Source: Woeseiaceae bacterium
GTDB taxonomy: Bacteria; Pseudomonadota; Gammaproteobacteria; UBA6429; Thiohalophilaceae
Assembly: GCA_045046865.1 (NCBI GenBank)
Contig: JASFYW010000028.1
Coordinates: 31,930 to 95,929 of the forward strand
Direction of reading: 5' to 3'
DNA: 64,000 bases
Shown: in pieces, positions 1-11,710 of the stretch
How the letters are laid out: every line of letters begins with the position of its first letter
Position numbering within the stretch: position 1 is the stretch's first letter
Translations under genes and position numbers: made by a program
Notes under the pieces: model-generated
Told to the model about the DNA's origin: nothing
The model's database searches: none
The model's input: the letters and a program-made list of their open reading frames with translations, nothing else

Positions 1-49
1 TTACACTCATGTTTTTCCTTTATGTGTTGTTACAACTATAGCCTAGATA

Positions 50-1141
50 TTACTCATCATCGAGGACGATGTTACTTAATTGCACCGCCGCATCTTCAGG
101 ACTAACGGTATTAATGAATAACCCTGAACCTAATTCAAAACCGGAAGGAATACTGGTTCTAGGGCAAATTTCTAAATGCCAATGGTAGCTGTCTTTACAA
201 TGATCCTGGTTTTTATTAACGGGGACAGTATGTAAGAAGTAATTATATTGTGCGCCACCAATAACAGCATCGAGTCGTTGCATCGTACGTTTTAGAACTT
301 TAGCAAAATCATCTAACTCTTCTTGTGTTGCCTTCATGAAGTCACTTTCATGTTTGAGTGGTAAAATATGCACTTCCCACTCATAACGGCTGGCGAAAGG
401 TTTAATGGCAATAAAGTGTTCGCCGCGTTCTACAACATACTGGCCTACATCAATTTTTCTGACGACTTGGCCAGAGTCACGATCGTAAATGGTGGCTTCG
501 TAAGTAAGCGCTTCATCAATCAAAGTACAAAAAATACAGTGGTGATGTTTTTCATAATATTTCTTGGAGTGTTCTACTTCGTCTTGAACATTTTGCGGGA
601 CGACGGGGGTGGCGATTATTTGGCTGTGCGTGTGCGCCATACTGGCACCGGCTGCGGGGCCAAAGTTCTTGAAAACAAGAACGTACTTTAATCTTTCATC
701 ACTTTCATACAGCTGTTTCATTCTGCTTTGATAAGTACTAAACAACAGTGAAAGGTGAGCTTGTGTCATTTCATGCACGGCAATGCCGTGCTGAGAATGA
801 TCAACAATCACTTCATGGCGACCATAACCGTTAATGGCTTGTTGTAAGCCAAAAACCATATCAGGATTTTGTCTATCATCACCTAAAACAGGGTAGAGGT
901 TTTCGACAATACGAATAGCCCAATCATCTCCTTCGGGAGTACGGGTAATTTCAGGCGGCGTTTTTTCTTCATTACCTCGACAAAAAGGACAGCGTTCCAC
1001 ATGTTCTCGCGTGTCTCGCGGGGCGGCATCTTCTGCTTTTTGTGGACGCATTGAACGTGCAGTGGCAATCAGAACAGACTCCGTTGGTACTATGGGGTTA
1101 ATTCTTAGTTCGCGCGTACCGATATCTTCTTCATCATGCAT
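50..1141 (-). CDS. GalT-type (HIT superfamily) hexose-1-phosphate nucleotidyltransferase / ADP-glucose-phosphorylase-like enzyme
   Basis: 363-aa ORF. It has a CPFCRGNE zinc-knuckle motif and an HTHSQ (HxHxQ) nucleotidyl-histidine motif, as in class I galactose-1-phosphate uridylyltransferases. No galK/galE neighbours, so the substrate is left open. Confidence 0.7.
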   Translation of the reverse strand: MHDEEDIGTRELRINPIVPTESVLIATARSMRPQKAEDAAPRDTREHVERCPFCRGNEEKTPPEITRTPEGDDWAIRIVENLYPVLGDDRQNPDMVFGLQQAINGYGRHEVIVDHSQHGIAVHEMTQAHLSLLFSTYQSRMKQLYESDERLKYVLVFKNFGPAAGASMAHTHSQIIATPVVPQNVQDEVEHSKKYYEKHHHCIFCTLIDEALTYEATIYDRDSGQVVRKIDVGQYVVERGEHFIAIKPFASRYEWEVHILPLKHESDFMKATQEELDDFAKVLKRTMQRLDAVIGGAQYNYFLHTVPVNKNQDHCKDSYHWHLEICPRTSIPSGFELGSGLFINTVSPEDAAVQLSNIVLDDE

Positions 1142-1343
1142 TTCGTGTTCATCCCTATACTAAATTGATTATTTGTAGCCCCAAGATACAGCTAATGAGT
1201 TTTACTGTCGAAATGGGGTTATTTATGCCCTTGTAAGTAAAATATTGGCCTAAAAGCATCTATTTTTGTCAGGAAACTTGTTTACGGGGCGTCTGGCAAG
1301 TACCATTTGCGTTTCATTTTTTCCTAATTTTATGGGGTTCAAC

Positions 1344-2222
1344 ATGTTCCAAGGAAGTATGGTTGCTTTAGTCACGCCGATGAATTCGGATGGCAGTGTC
1401 AATGACGATGCTTTAACGCAACTTATTGAATTTCATGTAAAAAATTCGACTGATGCGATTATTGCCGTGGGTACGACCGGAGAATCTGCAACATTAAATG
1501 AACATGAGCATTGCCGTTTAGTTAAACGTATTGTCGAGGTGGTTGCAGGGCGTATTCCTGTTATTGCCGGCACAGGGGCGAACTCAACGACAGAAGCCAT
1601 TACGCTCACAAAATGTGCGAAAGATGCCGGTGCAGATGCCTGCCTTTTAGTGACGCCGTATTATAATAAGCCAACCCAAGAAGGCCTTTATTTACATCAT
1701 AAAGCGATTGCTGAAGCTGTCGATATTCCTCAAATTTTATATAATGTACCGGGGCGTACCGCGGTGGATATGTTGCCTGAAACGATAGGACGTTTGTCTA
1801 AAATTTCAAACATTGTGGGCGTTAAAGAAGCAACGGGAGATGTCTCGCGCATTACCGATATTATTTCACGTTGTGATGATGATTTTGAAGTCTATAGTGG
1901 AGATGATGCCACGGCAATGGAAGCGATTTTAGCCGGAGCTAAAGGCGATATTTCAGTCACAGCAAATATTGCGCCGGCACAAATGCATGATATGTGTGCA
2001 GCCGCATTAGCTGGTGATGCAACAAAAGCCGCGTCCATTAATAAATATTTAATGGGTTTGCATGAAAACCTATTTTTAGAAGCTAACCCCATTCCAGTAA
2101 AATGGGCTTTGGCTGAAATGAATTTAATCCCTAACGGGTTACGTTTACCTTTAACCGTATTTTCAGAACAATACCATGAAACACTTCGTGCAGCGATGCG
2201 TGAAGCGAAAGTATTGTCTTAA
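1344..2222 (+). CDS. dapA: 4-hydroxy-tetrahydrodipicolinate synthase
   Basis: The ORF-track frame 1266..2222 was trimmed to ATG 1344 ([13 protein letters not shown]...). The product is colinear with E. coli DapA (292 aa), including [25 protein letters not shown] and GVKEATG. bamC follows, as in E. coli. Confidence 0.96.
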   Translation: MFQGSMVALVTPMNSDGSVNDDALTQLIEFHVKNSTDAIIAVGTTGESATLNEHEHCRLVKRIVEVVAGRIPVIAGTGANSTTEAITLTKCAKDAGADACLLVTPYYNKPTQEGLYLHHKAIAEAVDIPQILYNVPGRTAVDMLPETIGRLSKISNIVGVKEATGDVSRITDIISRCDDDFEVYSGDDATAMEAILAGAKGDISVTANIAPAQMHDMCAAALAGDATKAASINKYLMGLHENLFLEANPIPVKWALAEMNLIPNGLRLPLTVFSEQYHETLRAAMREAKVLS

Positions 2223-2230
2223 GATTTAAA

Positions 2231-3334
2231 ATGAGAAATTGTATGTTACGTATTAGTTTAGTTATTTCGTTGTTAGTTGGTTTAACCGCTTGTTCAAGTA
2301 CTTCAGATTGGAAAGGCATTTATAGCGCAGAAGCTGAAGCAAAAAATCAGTACGGTTTAGATGTGCCGCCAGATTTGTCTTCACCTAATGTTACCGATGC
2401 GTTAGCACTACCCAATATTGCAACACGCAATTCTAACTATTCAAATTATAAAAATATCACAACCACGGGCAATACAGTGACTCCGGCAAACCCTATCGGT
2501 GTAAAAGTAATTCGTGATGGTGCTACCCAATGGTTAGAAATTGAGTCTTCAGCAGAAAAATTATGGCCGCAACTCAAAGCTTTTTTTCAGCAAGTTGGTT
2601 TTGAAGTTAAACGCGAAGATAAAGCCACAGGCATTATTGAAACGAACTGGTTAGAAAGCAAAGCCATGCTGCCAACAGGTTGGTTTTCAAAAATGTTAAA
2701 TCGTATTTCTTCCACCGGCTTACGTGACAAGTATCGTGCTCGAGTAGAGAAAACAAATAAAACTAATGTAATTCGAGTTTTTATTACCCATCAGGGATTG
2801 AAAGAATATGCTACTGATGAAATCAATGGGGTTAAAATTTGGTGGCAACCGCGCCCTTCTGATCCTGAATTAGAAGCTGAAATGTACCAACGTTTTTTAA
2901 TCTTCCGTGACATTAGTAAAGAAGATGCTTTAAAAATAGTTAAAAAATCTATCGATAGAGAACGTACAAAAATTATCGACAAAGATGAAACAAAAGTACT
3001 TCAAGTTGGTGAAGGCTTTGCTCGTACTTGGCGTCGAGTGGGCATAGCATTAGATCGTATTGGTTTACTGGTAGACGATAGAGATCGCTCAGGTGGTTTA
3101 TATTATTTAAAAATCACTGAAGATTTCCGCAATAAAGTGAAAGATACGAAAGAGGATAGCTGGTTAGCAGGCTTATTCTCTAGTAACGAAGTAAAACTTA
3201 AACAGCGCTATTTACTGAGTATTAGTGACGAAGGTGAGACCTGCACGATTAGCCTTTATGAAACAACCGGTGCAAAAGCAGATATTCGCTTTGTCGAAAA
3301 ATTATTGAAAGATCTTAAACGCTACTTAGATTAA
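2231..3334 (+). CDS. bamC: outer-membrane protein assembly lipoprotein BamC (NlpB)
   Basis: Signal peptide with lipobox LVGLTAC. It sits directly downstream of dapA, the conserved dapA-nlpB arrangement. Size is typical for BamC. The start could instead be ATG 2243. Confidence 0.75.
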   Translation: MRNCMLRISLVISLLVGLTACSSTSDWKGIYSAEAEAKNQYGLDVPPDLSSPNVTDALALPNIATRNSNYSNYKNITTTGNTVTPANPIGVKVIRDGATQWLEIESSAEKLWPQLKAFFQQVGFEVKREDKATGIIETNWLESKAMLPTGWFSKMLNRISSTGLRDKYRARVEKTNKTNVIRVFITHQGLKEYATDEINGVKIWWQPRPSDPELEAEMYQRFLIFRDISKEDALKIVKKSIDRERTKIIDKDETKVLQVGEGFARTWRRVGIALDRIGLLVDDRDRSGGLYYLKITEDFRNKVKDTKEDSWLAGLFSSNEVKLKQRYLLSISDEGETCTISLYETTGAKADIRFVEKLLKDLKRYLD

Positions 3335-3366
3335 ACGTTATTTGAAACTAAAATACAGCGTTAAGG

Positions 3367-4155
3367 ATGTCAGATTTGCAATTCGCATCACTAGGTAGTG
3401 GCAGTAAAGGTAACGGTACGTTAATCGAAGCCGATGGCACGATGATCTTAGTTGATTGTGGTTTTTCCATGCGAGAAACAGAACGTCGCTTACAACGCCT
3501 TTCGCGTAGTGTAGAACAAGTCACTGCGTTATTGGTCACACATGAACATGGTGACCACGTTAGTGGTGTAAAAAGTTTAGCTAAGAAATATAAAATTCCT
3601 GTTTGGTCTAGCCGTGGTACTGCAAAAGCTGCGAAGTTAGATGAGTTAGAAACCTTAGGTCGGTGGCATTGTATTGATATACACCAGTCATTTGAAATAA
3701 ATGCCATTCAAATACAGCCGATACCTGTACCGCATGATGCAAAAGAACCCTGCCAGTTTATTTTTAGCGATGGTGATTGGCGCGTCGGTGTTTTAACCGA
3801 TACGGGGTCAATTACAACGTATATTGAAGAGCAATACTCCGGTTGTGATGCTTTTATTTTAGAAGCAAATCATGACCAAGAAATGCTAGCTCAAAGTGCT
3901 TACCCCAATTCATTAAAGCGACGAGTGGGCGGTAACTTTGGTCATTTAAATAATGGCCAAGCGAAAGATTTATTAAATAAAATTGATATTTCTAAACTAC
4001 AATATTTAGTCGCATCACATATTAGTGATAAAAATAATACTGTCGCGCTTGCTAGAGATAAAATGAGTGAAGCTTTAGATTTTGATCCATCATGGATTCA
4101 TGTAGCAAGCCAAGACGAGGGTTTGAACTGGTGCAAGTTGCGCCATCAGTTATAG
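3367..4155 (+). CDS. MBL-fold metallo-hydrolase (PhnP/YycJ-like)
   Basis: 262 aa with the HxHxDH motif (THEHGDH) and the later His/Asp ligands typical of the metallo-beta-lactamase fold. Confidence 0.8.
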   Translation: MSDLQFASLGSGSKGNGTLIEADGTMILVDCGFSMRETERRLQRLSRSVEQVTALLVTHEHGDHVSGVKSLAKKYKIPVWSSRGTAKAAKLDELETLGRWHCIDIHQSFEINAIQIQPIPVPHDAKEPCQFIFSDGDWRVGVLTDTGSITTYIEEQYSGCDAFILEANHDQEMLAQSAYPNSLKRRVGGNFGHLNNGQAKDLLNKIDISKLQYLVASHISDKNNTVALARDKMSEALDFDPSWIHVASQDEGLNWCKLRHQL

Positions 4156-4187
4156 TTTTTAACAAATAAAATTTAGAAAGGTTCATC

Positions 4188-4901
4188 ATGGAAAAAAAAG
4201 CAGAACTCTATGCAGGTAAAGCAAAATCCGTTTACTACACGGACGATGACGATCATCTGATCATTCATTTTAGAAATGATACCTCAGCATTTGATGGTGA
4301 GCGTATAGAACAGCTTGATCGCAAAGGTATGGTCAATAATAAATTTACTGCTTTTATTATGGAGCAGCTTGAAGCCGCAGGTATTAAAACGCATCACGTA
4401 AAATTACTTTCTGACGAAGAAGCTCTAGTACGCAAATTAGATATGCTACCCATAGAATGTGTGGTGAGAAATGTCAGTGCAGGAAGTATTTGCAAGCGTC
4501 TTGGTGTAGAAGAAGGTGTAGAGCTAACGCCACCGACCTTCGAGTTTTTCTTAAAAAATGATGAACTGCATGATCCTATGCTAAACGATTACCATATTCG
4601 TTCATTTGGCTGGGCAACTGATGAAGAAATTGAGCAAATGAAAGTACTGACATTTCAAGTCAACGATGTGCTTAAAAAGCTTTTTGCTGATGCAGGCATG
4701 TTATTGGTGGACTACAAACTTGAATTTGGCCGTTTTAAAGGTGAATTACTATTGGGCGATGAATTTAGTCCTGATGGTTGCCGTTTGTGGGACACAAAAA
4801 CACGTAAAAAACTCGATAAAGACCGTTTTAGACAAGGCTTAGGTGGCGTTATTGAAGCCTATGAAGAAGTCGGGCGACGGATAGGTATACAGTTCGATTA
4901 A
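4188..4901 (+). CDS. purC: phosphoribosylaminoimidazole-succinocarboxamide (SAICAR) synthase
   Basis: 237 aa, the same length as E. coli PurC and colinear with it (ELYx[42 protein letters not shown]). Confidence 0.97.
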   Translation: MEKKAELYAGKAKSVYYTDDDDHLIIHFRNDTSAFDGERIEQLDRKGMVNNKFTAFIMEQLEAAGIKTHHVKLLSDEEALVRKLDMLPIECVVRNVSAGSICKRLGVEEGVELTPPTFEFFLKNDELHDPMLNDYHIRSFGWATDEEIEQMKVLTFQVNDVLKKLFADAGMLLVDYKLEFGRFKGELLLGDEFSPDGCRLWDTKTRKKLDKDRFRQGLGGVIEAYEEVGRRIGIQFD

Positions 4902-4925
4902 AATGAATTTTTCAATATTTACATA

Positions 4926-4956
4926 AAGCCCTTCTTTAACGAGAAGGGCTTTTTTA
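4926..4956 (+). terminator. rho-independent terminator after purC
   Basis: Stem AAGCCCTTCT / AGAAGGGCTT with loop TTAACG, followed by a T-run. Confidence 0.85.
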
Positions 4957-5098
4957 AAAATCAGATAGTTAAAATAATATTTCCTGCTTCCCTGCTGAGA
5001 AATGATTCAATAAAATTAGGTTTATTATCTAAAGAATTTTTCAGTTTGGACGATAAGATATCTATATAATCTCATTTTTTAAATTTCTAGGTAATTTT

Positions 5099-7144
5099 AT
5101 GACTATTGCGGCCACGTTATTATCAACTTTAAAACTCAATAACATATCAATAAAAAATAAAATATGGGGTGGCTTTGGGATAATTTTAATTATATTAGCT
5201 GCAGTGGCAACAACAGCCGCAATAAGTCTGACAAAAACAGAAAGTAGTGTTGATAATGTTGTTAATAAAAGCCAGCCAATGGTGCTTACGTCTAATAATT
5301 TAACCAGTACATTAAATTTAGCATCAGGTTCACTGGGCTATTATATGCTCACAAAAGATCAATCATTTTGGAAAACGTATGAAGAAGAAATACAAAATGT
5401 TGATAAAATAATGAACGAGTTGGTACTTTTAGTTGCTGGAGAAGACACAAACACACAAGAGCTTGTTGGTGAGATAAAAAAAGACATTGGCAGCTTCGTT
5501 GGCTTTAAAGCAAGAATGCTAGAACTATCACAAGACCCTTTAAAAAATGGGCCTGGCTTAATGTTTAGCGCTCAAAAGCTTAACCCTGTTGCTCAAGAAA
5601 TTTTACAAAAAATAGGTGAAGCTTGGATTTCTGAAGAAGATGCAGAAATTTCCACAGTACGAAAAAAAGTTTCTTCGTTAATTAGTGATTTACGTTATAC
5701 CTGGGCAACTACCATGAGTGGAGTTCGCCGGTTTCTTGCCTTTAGAAATCAAGCTTCTATTGATGAGTACCAATTACATTATGACTTAAGTGGTGAAATT
5801 CTTAAAAAACTCAGTGCGTATGAAGATGATTATACTTTTGAAGAGTCTGATGCTATTGAGCGTATAGTGGAATTAAGAACGCTTTACGATACTCGATTTA
5901 AAGAATTTACTGTTATACAAATGAGTGATAAATATCGCACAGATATTTATTTAGTAAAAACAAAAGTGGCTTTAGTTTTGGCGAAAATAAAACGTAATTT
6001 GACAAAACTTGTGGTTCAACAACGTCAATCAATAGAAAAAGAGAGCCAAACGTTGCTCGATTTTGTGAGCACAACAAAAGTCTTTGTTTATACAATGTTA
6101 GTGATTGGTCTTGGCATTGGTCTAGCTTTAGCGTGGGCTGTTAGCTTTATGATTACTAGCCCTCTTAATGCCGCTGTTAATGCAATGAAAGAAATTTCTG
6201 AAGGCGATGGAGACCTTACGCTTCGTTTAAATGTTGGCGGTACTGATGAAATTGGCCAGTTGGCATTATCATTTAATGGCTTTATTACCCGAATGCAGGA
6301 TGTCATTCGCGAAGTGACTTCATCAACCTCACAGCTTTCGGCTGCAGCCGAAGAAATGTCGATGATAACCGGCGAAACTCGAACCGGTGTACAACGTCAA
6401 CAAAGTGAAACGGAGTTAGTGGCAACGGCTGTGAATGAAATGAGTAGTACGGTGCATGAAGTTGTGAACAGTGCAAATACAGCCGCGGAAGCTGCAAGCC
6501 AAGCAGATAGTCAGTCAGAGCAGGGCAGGCAAGTGGTAAGCACCACAGTCACTTCCATTCGATCATTAGCTTCTGAGGTTGAATCTGCAGCAACAGTGAT
6601 TGGTCAGTTAGAAAAAGACAGTGAAAGCATTGGCTCAGTATTAGAAGTTATTCGAGGCATTGCGGAACAAACGAATTTACTCGCCTTAAATGCTGCAATT
6701 GAAGCAGCACGTGCAGGTGAGCAAGGACGAGGGTTTGCAGTGGTTGCTGATGAGGTAAGAAGCTTAGCCAGTCGTACTCAAGAATCAACACAAGAAATTC
6801 AAGAAATGATAGAGCGTTTACAAAAAGGCTCTCGTGATGCGGTTAAGGTGATGCAATCGGGACAGGAGCAAGCACAACAAACAGTTGAGCAAGCTTCACA
6901 GGCAGAGACTGCGTTATCTGAAATTTCCTCTGCTGTAGCCCAAATTAATGAAATGAACGCGCATATTGCCGAAGCTTCACGTCAACAAGGCGAAGTGGTA
7001 GAAGAAATTAATAAAAATATTATTAATATTACCCAAGTTGCCGATGAATCAGCCAATGGTGCAGACCAATTATCGACAGCAAGTAGTGAAATGGCCACAT
7101 TGGCGGTTAATTTAGAAAGCCAAGTATCGCATTTTAAAATTTAA
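5099..7144 (+). CDS. methyl-accepting chemotaxis protein
   Basis: 681 aa. It has an N-terminal TM, a ~300-aa sensor region, a second TM, a HAMP domain and the conserved MCP signalling hairpin ([35 protein letters not shown]). Confidence 0.93.
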   Translation: MTIAATLLSTLKLNNISIKNKIWGGFGIILIILAAVATTAAISLTKTESSVDNVVNKSQPMVLTSNNLTSTLNLASGSLGYYMLTKDQSFWKTYEEEIQNVDKIMNELVLLVAGEDTNTQELVGEIKKDIGSFVGFKARMLELSQDPLKNGPGLMFSAQKLNPVAQEILQKIGEAWISEEDAEISTVRKKVSSLISDLRYTWATTMSGVRRFLAFRNQASIDEYQLHYDLSGEILKKLSAYEDDYTFEESDAIERIVELRTLYDTRFKEFTVIQMSDKYRTDIYLVKTKVALVLAKIKRNLTKLVVQQRQSIEKESQTLLDFVSTTKVFVYTMLVIGLGIGLALAWAVSFMITSPLNAAVNAMKEISEGDGDLTLRLNVGGTDEIGQLALSFNGFITRMQDVIREVTSSTSQLSAAAEEMSMITGETRTGVQRQQSETELVATAVNEMSSTVHEVVNSANTAAEAASQADSQSEQGRQVVSTTVTSIRSLASEVESAATVIGQLEKDSESIGSVLEVIRGIAEQTNLLALNAAIEAARAGEQGRGFAVVADEVRSLASRTQESTQEIQEMIERLQKGSRDAVKVMQSGQEQAQQTVEQASQAETALSEISSAVAQINEMNAHIAEASRQQGEVVEEINKNIINITQVADESANGADQLSTASSEMATLAVNLESQVSHFKI

Positions 7145-7160
7145 AAAATCTTCCATAATG

Positions 7161-7199
7161 AGGCTGGTATTGGCATAAACACCAAAACTAGCCTTTTTT
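7161..7199 (+). terminator. probable rho-independent terminator after the MCP gene
   Basis: Imperfect hairpin AGGCTGGT...ACC..AGCCT followed by TTTTTT. Confidence 0.55.
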
Positions 7200-7307
7200 A
7201 TTAATCCTTTCCTAATTTAAGACTTGACGAAACCCGATATCTTTCGGGTACAATCAGCCCATAATTTGATTCCACCACCTATATTAATGAAGAAAACTGA
7301 TTAAAAT

Positions 7308-9200
7308 ATGTCCAGTTCTTATAATTCCGATGCAATAGAAGTATTAACCGGCTTAGAGCCCGTCCGTAAACGTCCGGGGATGTACACCGACACAGAGCGC
7401 CCTAACCATCTTGCCCAAGAAGTTATCGATAACAGCGTCGATGAAGCGATTGCTGGCTATGCAACAACGCTAGCGGTTACTTTGTATAAAGACGGTTCAA
7501 TCGAAGTAACGGATGATGGCCGGGGTATGCCAGTGGATATCCATCCACAGCAAAAACTCCCTGGTGTAGAAGTCATTATGACTAAGCTGCATGCCGGTGG
7601 TAAGTTTTCTAATAAAAACTATGAGTTCTCAGGTGGTTTACACGGGGTAGGTATTTCTGTTGTAAATGCACTTTCTACAAAAGTAGAAGTGTGGATTAAG
7701 CGTGATGACCAAGAATATTACATGTCGTTTGCTAATGGTAAACGAACCTCAAAGCTTAAAATTTTAGGTAAGGTTAAAAAGGGCGAATTGGGTACGCGTA
7801 TTCGTTTTTGGCCAGATAAAACCTTTTTTGATTCTGAAAAATTCTCTGTTAATGACTTAAAACACGTACTCCGTGCGAAAGCCGTTTTATGTACGGGCTT
7901 ACATGTCACCTTTACCGATGAGAAAACGAAAAAGAATTCAGCAACATGGTATTTTGAAGACGGCCTTCAAGCTTACTTAATGGATGAGTTAGGTAAGAAA
8001 ACAGTATCAATTCCTGCTCCACCTTTTGTCGGTGAAATGTCAGGTAATTCAGAGTCGGTTGATTGGGCATTGGTATGGGTTCCTGAAGATCCAAAATCAA
8101 TTACTGAAAGTTACGTTAATTTAATTCCTACCTCGCAAGGTGGTACGCACGTTAATGGTTTGCGTACAGGTTTAACCGAAGCCATGCGTGAGTTTTGTGA
8201 GTTCCGTAATCTCATTCCGCGCGGTGTGAAGTTATCACCTGAAGATGTTTGGGATAAAATTAGTTACATACTTTCTGTTAAATTACTCGACCCTCAATTC
8301 TCTGGGCAAACAAAAGAACGTTTGTCATCACGAGAATGCAGTGCCTTTGTTTCAGGTATTGTTAAAGATGCCTTCACACTTTGGTTAAGTCAAAATGTAG
8401 ATCAAGCAGAAGAAATTGCTGAACTTGCAATTAATAATGCACAAAATAGAATGCGTGCAGGTCGTAAAGTTATACGTAAGAAAATTACTTCAGGCCCTGC
8501 ATTACCCGGTAAATTATCGGATTGTTCTTCGCAAGATCCTGATATCGGTGAATTATTTTTAGTGGAAGGAGACTCAGCTGGCGGTTCAGCTAAACAAGCA
8601 CGTGATCGTGTTTTCCAAGCTATCTTGCCGCTACGTGGTAAAATTTTAAACACGTGGGAAGTTGAATCGGCTGAAGTTTTAAGTTCTCAAGAAGTGCATA
8701 ACATCTCCATTGCGATTGGTGTTGATCCTGGTTCGGATAATTTGAAATCGCTACGTTATAAGAAAATCATTATTCTTGCCGATGCCGATTCGGATGGTTT
8801 ACATATCGCAACATTATTAATAGCAATGTTCCTCAAACATTATAAACCGCTCGTTGAAGCGGGTTATATCTATGCGGCATTACCGCCATTGTTCCGTATT
8901 GAAGTGGGGAAACAAGTGTATTACGCGGTAGATGAAGCAGAGCAAAAAGGTATTTTAGATCGTATTGCTGCTGAAAAAATTAAAGGCAAAATTAACGTCA
9001 TGCGTTTTAAAGGTTTGGGTGAAATGAATCCGTTACAGCTACGTGAGTCAACTATGGATCCTGACACTCGCCGTTTAGCTCGCCTAACCATGGGCAATGA
9101 AAAGAAAACCCGAGAGATGGTAGATATGTTGCTCTCGAAAAAACGCGCATCTGATCGACGTAAATGGTTAGAAACAAAAGGTGACCTTGCTGATATCTAA
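7308..9200 (+). CDS. parE: DNA topoisomerase IV subunit B
   Basis: 630 aa, the same length as E. coli ParE, with a near-identical N-terminus (YNxDAIEVLTGLEPVRKRPGMYTDT, HAGGKFSNKNYEFSGGLHGVGISVVNALS). parC follows. Confidence 0.97.
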   Translation: MSSSYNSDAIEVLTGLEPVRKRPGMYTDTERPNHLAQEVIDNSVDEAIAGYATTLAVTLYKDGSIEVTDDGRGMPVDIHPQQKLPGVEVIMTKLHAGGKFSNKNYEFSGGLHGVGISVVNALSTKVEVWIKRDDQEYYMSFANGKRTSKLKILGKVKKGELGTRIRFWPDKTFFDSEKFSVNDLKHVLRAKAVLCTGLHVTFTDEKTKKNSATWYFEDGLQAYLMDELGKKTVSIPAPPFVGEMSGNSESVDWALVWVPEDPKSITESYVNLIPTSQGGTHVNGLRTGLTEAMREFCEFRNLIPRGVKLSPEDVWDKISYILSVKLLDPQFSGQTKERLSSRECSAFVSGIVKDAFTLWLSQNVDQAEEIAELAINNAQNRMRAGRKVIRKKITSGPALPGKLSDCSSQDPDIGELFLVEGDSAGGSAKQARDRVFQAILPLRGKILNTWEVESAEVLSSQEVHNISIAIGVDPGSDNLKSLRYKKIIILADADSDGLHIATLLIAMFLKHYKPLVEAGYIYAALPPLFRIEVGKQVYYAVDEAEQKGILDRIAAEKIKGKINVMRFKGLGEMNPLQLRESTMDPDTRRLARLTMGNEKKTREMVDMLLSKKRASDRRKWLETKGDLADI

Positions 9201-9250
9201 TAGCATGGCTGCAAATATATTTGAATTAAACATTATTTTGGAAATACATT

Positions 9251-11503
9251 ATGTCTGACAATACCTCTGCTAACTTTGATGGCATAGAGAATGTTGAATT
9301 AAAAGAGTTCACTGAAAAAGCTTACCTCGATTATTCGATGTACGTTATTTTAGACAGAGCCTTACCGAATATTGGCGATGGTCTTAAGCCAGTACAACGT
9401 CGTATTATTTTTGCGATGTCTGAACTCGGTTTAAAAGCAGGCACAAAATTTAAAAAATCTGCACGTACAGTAGGTGATGTATTAGGTAAGTATCATCCAC
9501 ATGGTGATTCAGCCTGTTATGAAGCCATGGTCCTCATGGCACAGCCGTTTTCGTATCGTTATCCTTTATTGCAAGGTCAAGGTAATTGGGGTTCACCAGA
9601 TGATCCTAAATCTTTTGCAGCCATGCGTTATACCGAATCACGTTTATCAACCAATGCCGACTTATTACTTTCCGAAATTGGTTCAGGTACTGTTAATTGG
9701 TTACCTAACTTTGATGGTTCATTAAAAGAACCTGAGATTTTACCAGCACGTGTACCTCATATCTTACTCAACGGCACCATGGGTATCGCTGTGGGTATGA
9801 CCACTGATATTCCACCGCATAATATGCGTGAGGTGTTACATGCTTGTATTCACTTATTAAAGAGCCCTAAAGCAACGCTGTCGGAATTAATGAAATTTGT
9901 TAAGGGCCCCGACTATCCAACTGACGCTGAAATTATTTCACCTCGTTCGGATATTAAAGAAATTTATAAAACGGGTAAGGGCAGTATCCGTATGCGTGCG
10001 AAATATGAAAAAGAAGGCGCAGATATTATTGTTACCGCATTACCGCACCAAACATCACCGGCAAAAATTCTTGAGCAAATCGCCGCGCAAATGAACGCAA
10101 AGAAACTACCGCTCGTTGTTGATTTGCGTGATGAGTCAGATCATGAAAACCCAACACGTTTAGTCATAGTACCTAAATCGAAAGAAACCAATATTGATGA
10201 GTTGATGACGCATTTATTTGCCACCACTGATCTTGAACGCACCTATCGCGTCAATATGAACATGATTGGTTTGAATGAACGTCCAGGTGTTAAAAATTTA
10301 CAGACTATTTTAACTGAGTGGTTAACCTTCCGTACTGCTACAGTTTCAAAACGTTTAAATTTTCGTTTAGAGAAAATCTTAAGTCGTATTCATATTTTAG
10401 ATGGCTTAATCACCGCATTTTTAAATATTGATGAAGTGATTAGAATTATTCGTGAAAACGATAAGCCAAAACCCGTTTTAATGAAGCGTTTTAAAATCTC
10501 TGAAATTCAAGCTGAATCCATTCTTGATTTAAAACTTCGTCATTTAGCCAAGCTAGAAGAAATGACGATGAAGAAAGAGCAAAAAGAACTTGCTCTCGAA
10601 CGTGATGAATTAGAATCAGTATTAGCTTCTAAAACAAAAATGAAAACATTGATTCGTACCGAGTTAGAAGAAATTGCTGTTGAGCATGGTGATGTACGTC
10701 GTTCACCAATTAAAGAACGTGAAATTGCAACGGCAATGGCAGAAACAGATTTAATCGCTTCAGATCCTGTGACCGTTGTTCTATCAGAAAATGGTTGGAT
10801 ACGTGCAGCGAAAGGCCATGAGGTTGATCCTGAGACGATGCCATTTAAAGCAGGGGATAGACTGCTGTCGTACTCAAGAGCCAAAACAAATGAGCTTGTG
10901 GTGGCGATAGATTCAACGGGCCGAACCTATGCCCTTCCAATACATACTTTGCCTTCAGCACGAGGCTTAGGTGAGCCGTTAGTCGGACGTTTAAATGCAC
11001 CTCCAGGCGCAACCTTCTGTGGTGTGATGACAGGCAACAACGAACAGCTATTTTTGTTAGCCACAACACACGGTTATGGCTTCATTGGCAAGATGGAAGA
11101 TTTCATCACCAAGAATAAAAAAGGTAAAGGGATTGTTAAAGTGCCTCTAGGTGCAAAAATATTACCACCCGCACCGGTTAGCGATATGGAAACAGATTGG
11201 GTTGCAATGACATCTAATGATGGCCACTTACTCTTCCATCATATTTCTGAATTACCTGAAATGCCAAAAGGCAAAGGCATTAAGATCATAAACATTCCTT
11301 CTGCTAAATTAAAAACAGGTGAAGAGTTTGCATCTGCAATGACGGTCATCAATGAAAATGATCAATTATTTATTCGTTCAGCTAAAACAACGAAAGTGAT
11401 GAAGTCAGCAGAGATGGAAGCGTATGAAGGTGAACGTGGACAACGGGGCAAGAAGTTGCCACCTGTGTTGAGAGATGTGGTTGTATTAAGAAAAGAAGAA
11501 TGA
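9251..11503 (+). CDS. parC: DNA topoisomerase IV subunit A
   Basis: 750 aa. It carries GyrA/ParC family motifs ([18 protein letters not shown], active-site AAMRYTE) and is paired with parE. Confidence 0.97.
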   Translation: MSDNTSANFDGIENVELKEFTEKAYLDYSMYVILDRALPNIGDGLKPVQRRIIFAMSELGLKAGTKFKKSARTVGDVLGKYHPHGDSACYEAMVLMAQPFSYRYPLLQGQGNWGSPDDPKSFAAMRYTESRLSTNADLLLSEIGSGTVNWLPNFDGSLKEPEILPARVPHILLNGTMGIAVGMTTDIPPHNMREVLHACIHLLKSPKATLSELMKFVKGPDYPTDAEIISPRSDIKEIYKTGKGSIRMRAKYEKEGADIIVTALPHQTSPAKILEQIAAQMNAKKLPLVVDLRDESDHENPTRLVIVPKSKETNIDELMTHLFATTDLERTYRVNMNMIGLNERPGVKNLQTILTEWLTFRTATVSKRLNFRLEKILSRIHILDGLITAFLNIDEVIRIIRENDKPKPVLMKRFKISEIQAESILDLKLRHLAKLEEMTMKKEQKELALERDELESVLASKTKMKTLIRTELEEIAVEHGDVRRSPIKEREIATAMAETDLIASDPVTVVLSENGWIRAAKGHEVDPETMPFKAGDRLLSYSRAKTNELVVAIDSTGRTYALPIHTLPSARGLGEPLVGRLNAPPGATFCGVMTGNNEQLFLLATTHGYGFIGKMEDFITKNKKGKGIVKVPLGAKILPPAPVSDMETDWVAMTSNDGHLLFHHISELPEMPKGKGIKIINIPSAKLKTGEEFASAMTVINENDQLFIRSAKTTKVMKSAEMEAYEGERGQRGKKLPPVLRDVVVLRKEE

Positions 11504-11540
11504 TTTAGCTATCTGTCAGTATCATTTAATCTTGCAGGTC

Positions 11541-11710
11541 GTTTTTTAAAGTGTTGACGCGGCAATCCGATGGTTGTAATCCTTTACTCTGAGATTGCCG
11601 CAGTCATTTTATTTCTTCGATATCTGAATGTGCGGAGCAGGTTAAGGTCATTCTGACGAAATGCGTAGCGGTTCATTAAGTCCATGACGTGCTTTATTCT
11701 TAGTATTAAC
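11541..11710 (+). repeat. intergenic nested-hairpin repeat, copy A (degenerate module 1 + module 2 + tail)
   Basis: It has TGACGCGGCAATC...GAGATTGCCGCAGTCA inverted repeats, then CTGACGAAATGCGTAGCGGTTCATTAAGTCCATGAC (module 2), then a tail GTGCTTTATTCTTAGTATTAAC shared with copy B. Confidence 0.85.

Noticed and set aside
368-691. 107-aa plus-strand ORF inside the GalT-like gene. Similar antisense ORFs include 883..1068, 1892..2092, 2791..2982, 3348..3707, 6088..6306, 8402..8653, 10540..10884, 20019..20411, 30636..31055, 40283..40645, 42691..43086, 48868..49206, 49619..49918 and 61073..61402.
   Set aside because: Each lies entirely within, and antisense or out of frame to, a gene whose product I can align by eye to a well-known family. 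None has a convincing Shine-Dalgarno site. Their compositions look like mirror-frame artefacts of an AT-rich genome.
1266-1343. N-terminal extensions suggested by the ORF track for dapA. The same applies to DUF1015 (16173), aminotransferase (30436), ppsA (36237), deaD (46967), HDOD-GAF-1 (48071), Lon-like (52443), bolA (54974), the 246-aa protein (56339) and hslR (60386).
   Set aside because: Homologue N-termini and/or better-placed ATG plus SD sites indicate internal starts. Several extensions begin at non-ATG codons, overlap the upstream gene, or run into promoter-like sequence.
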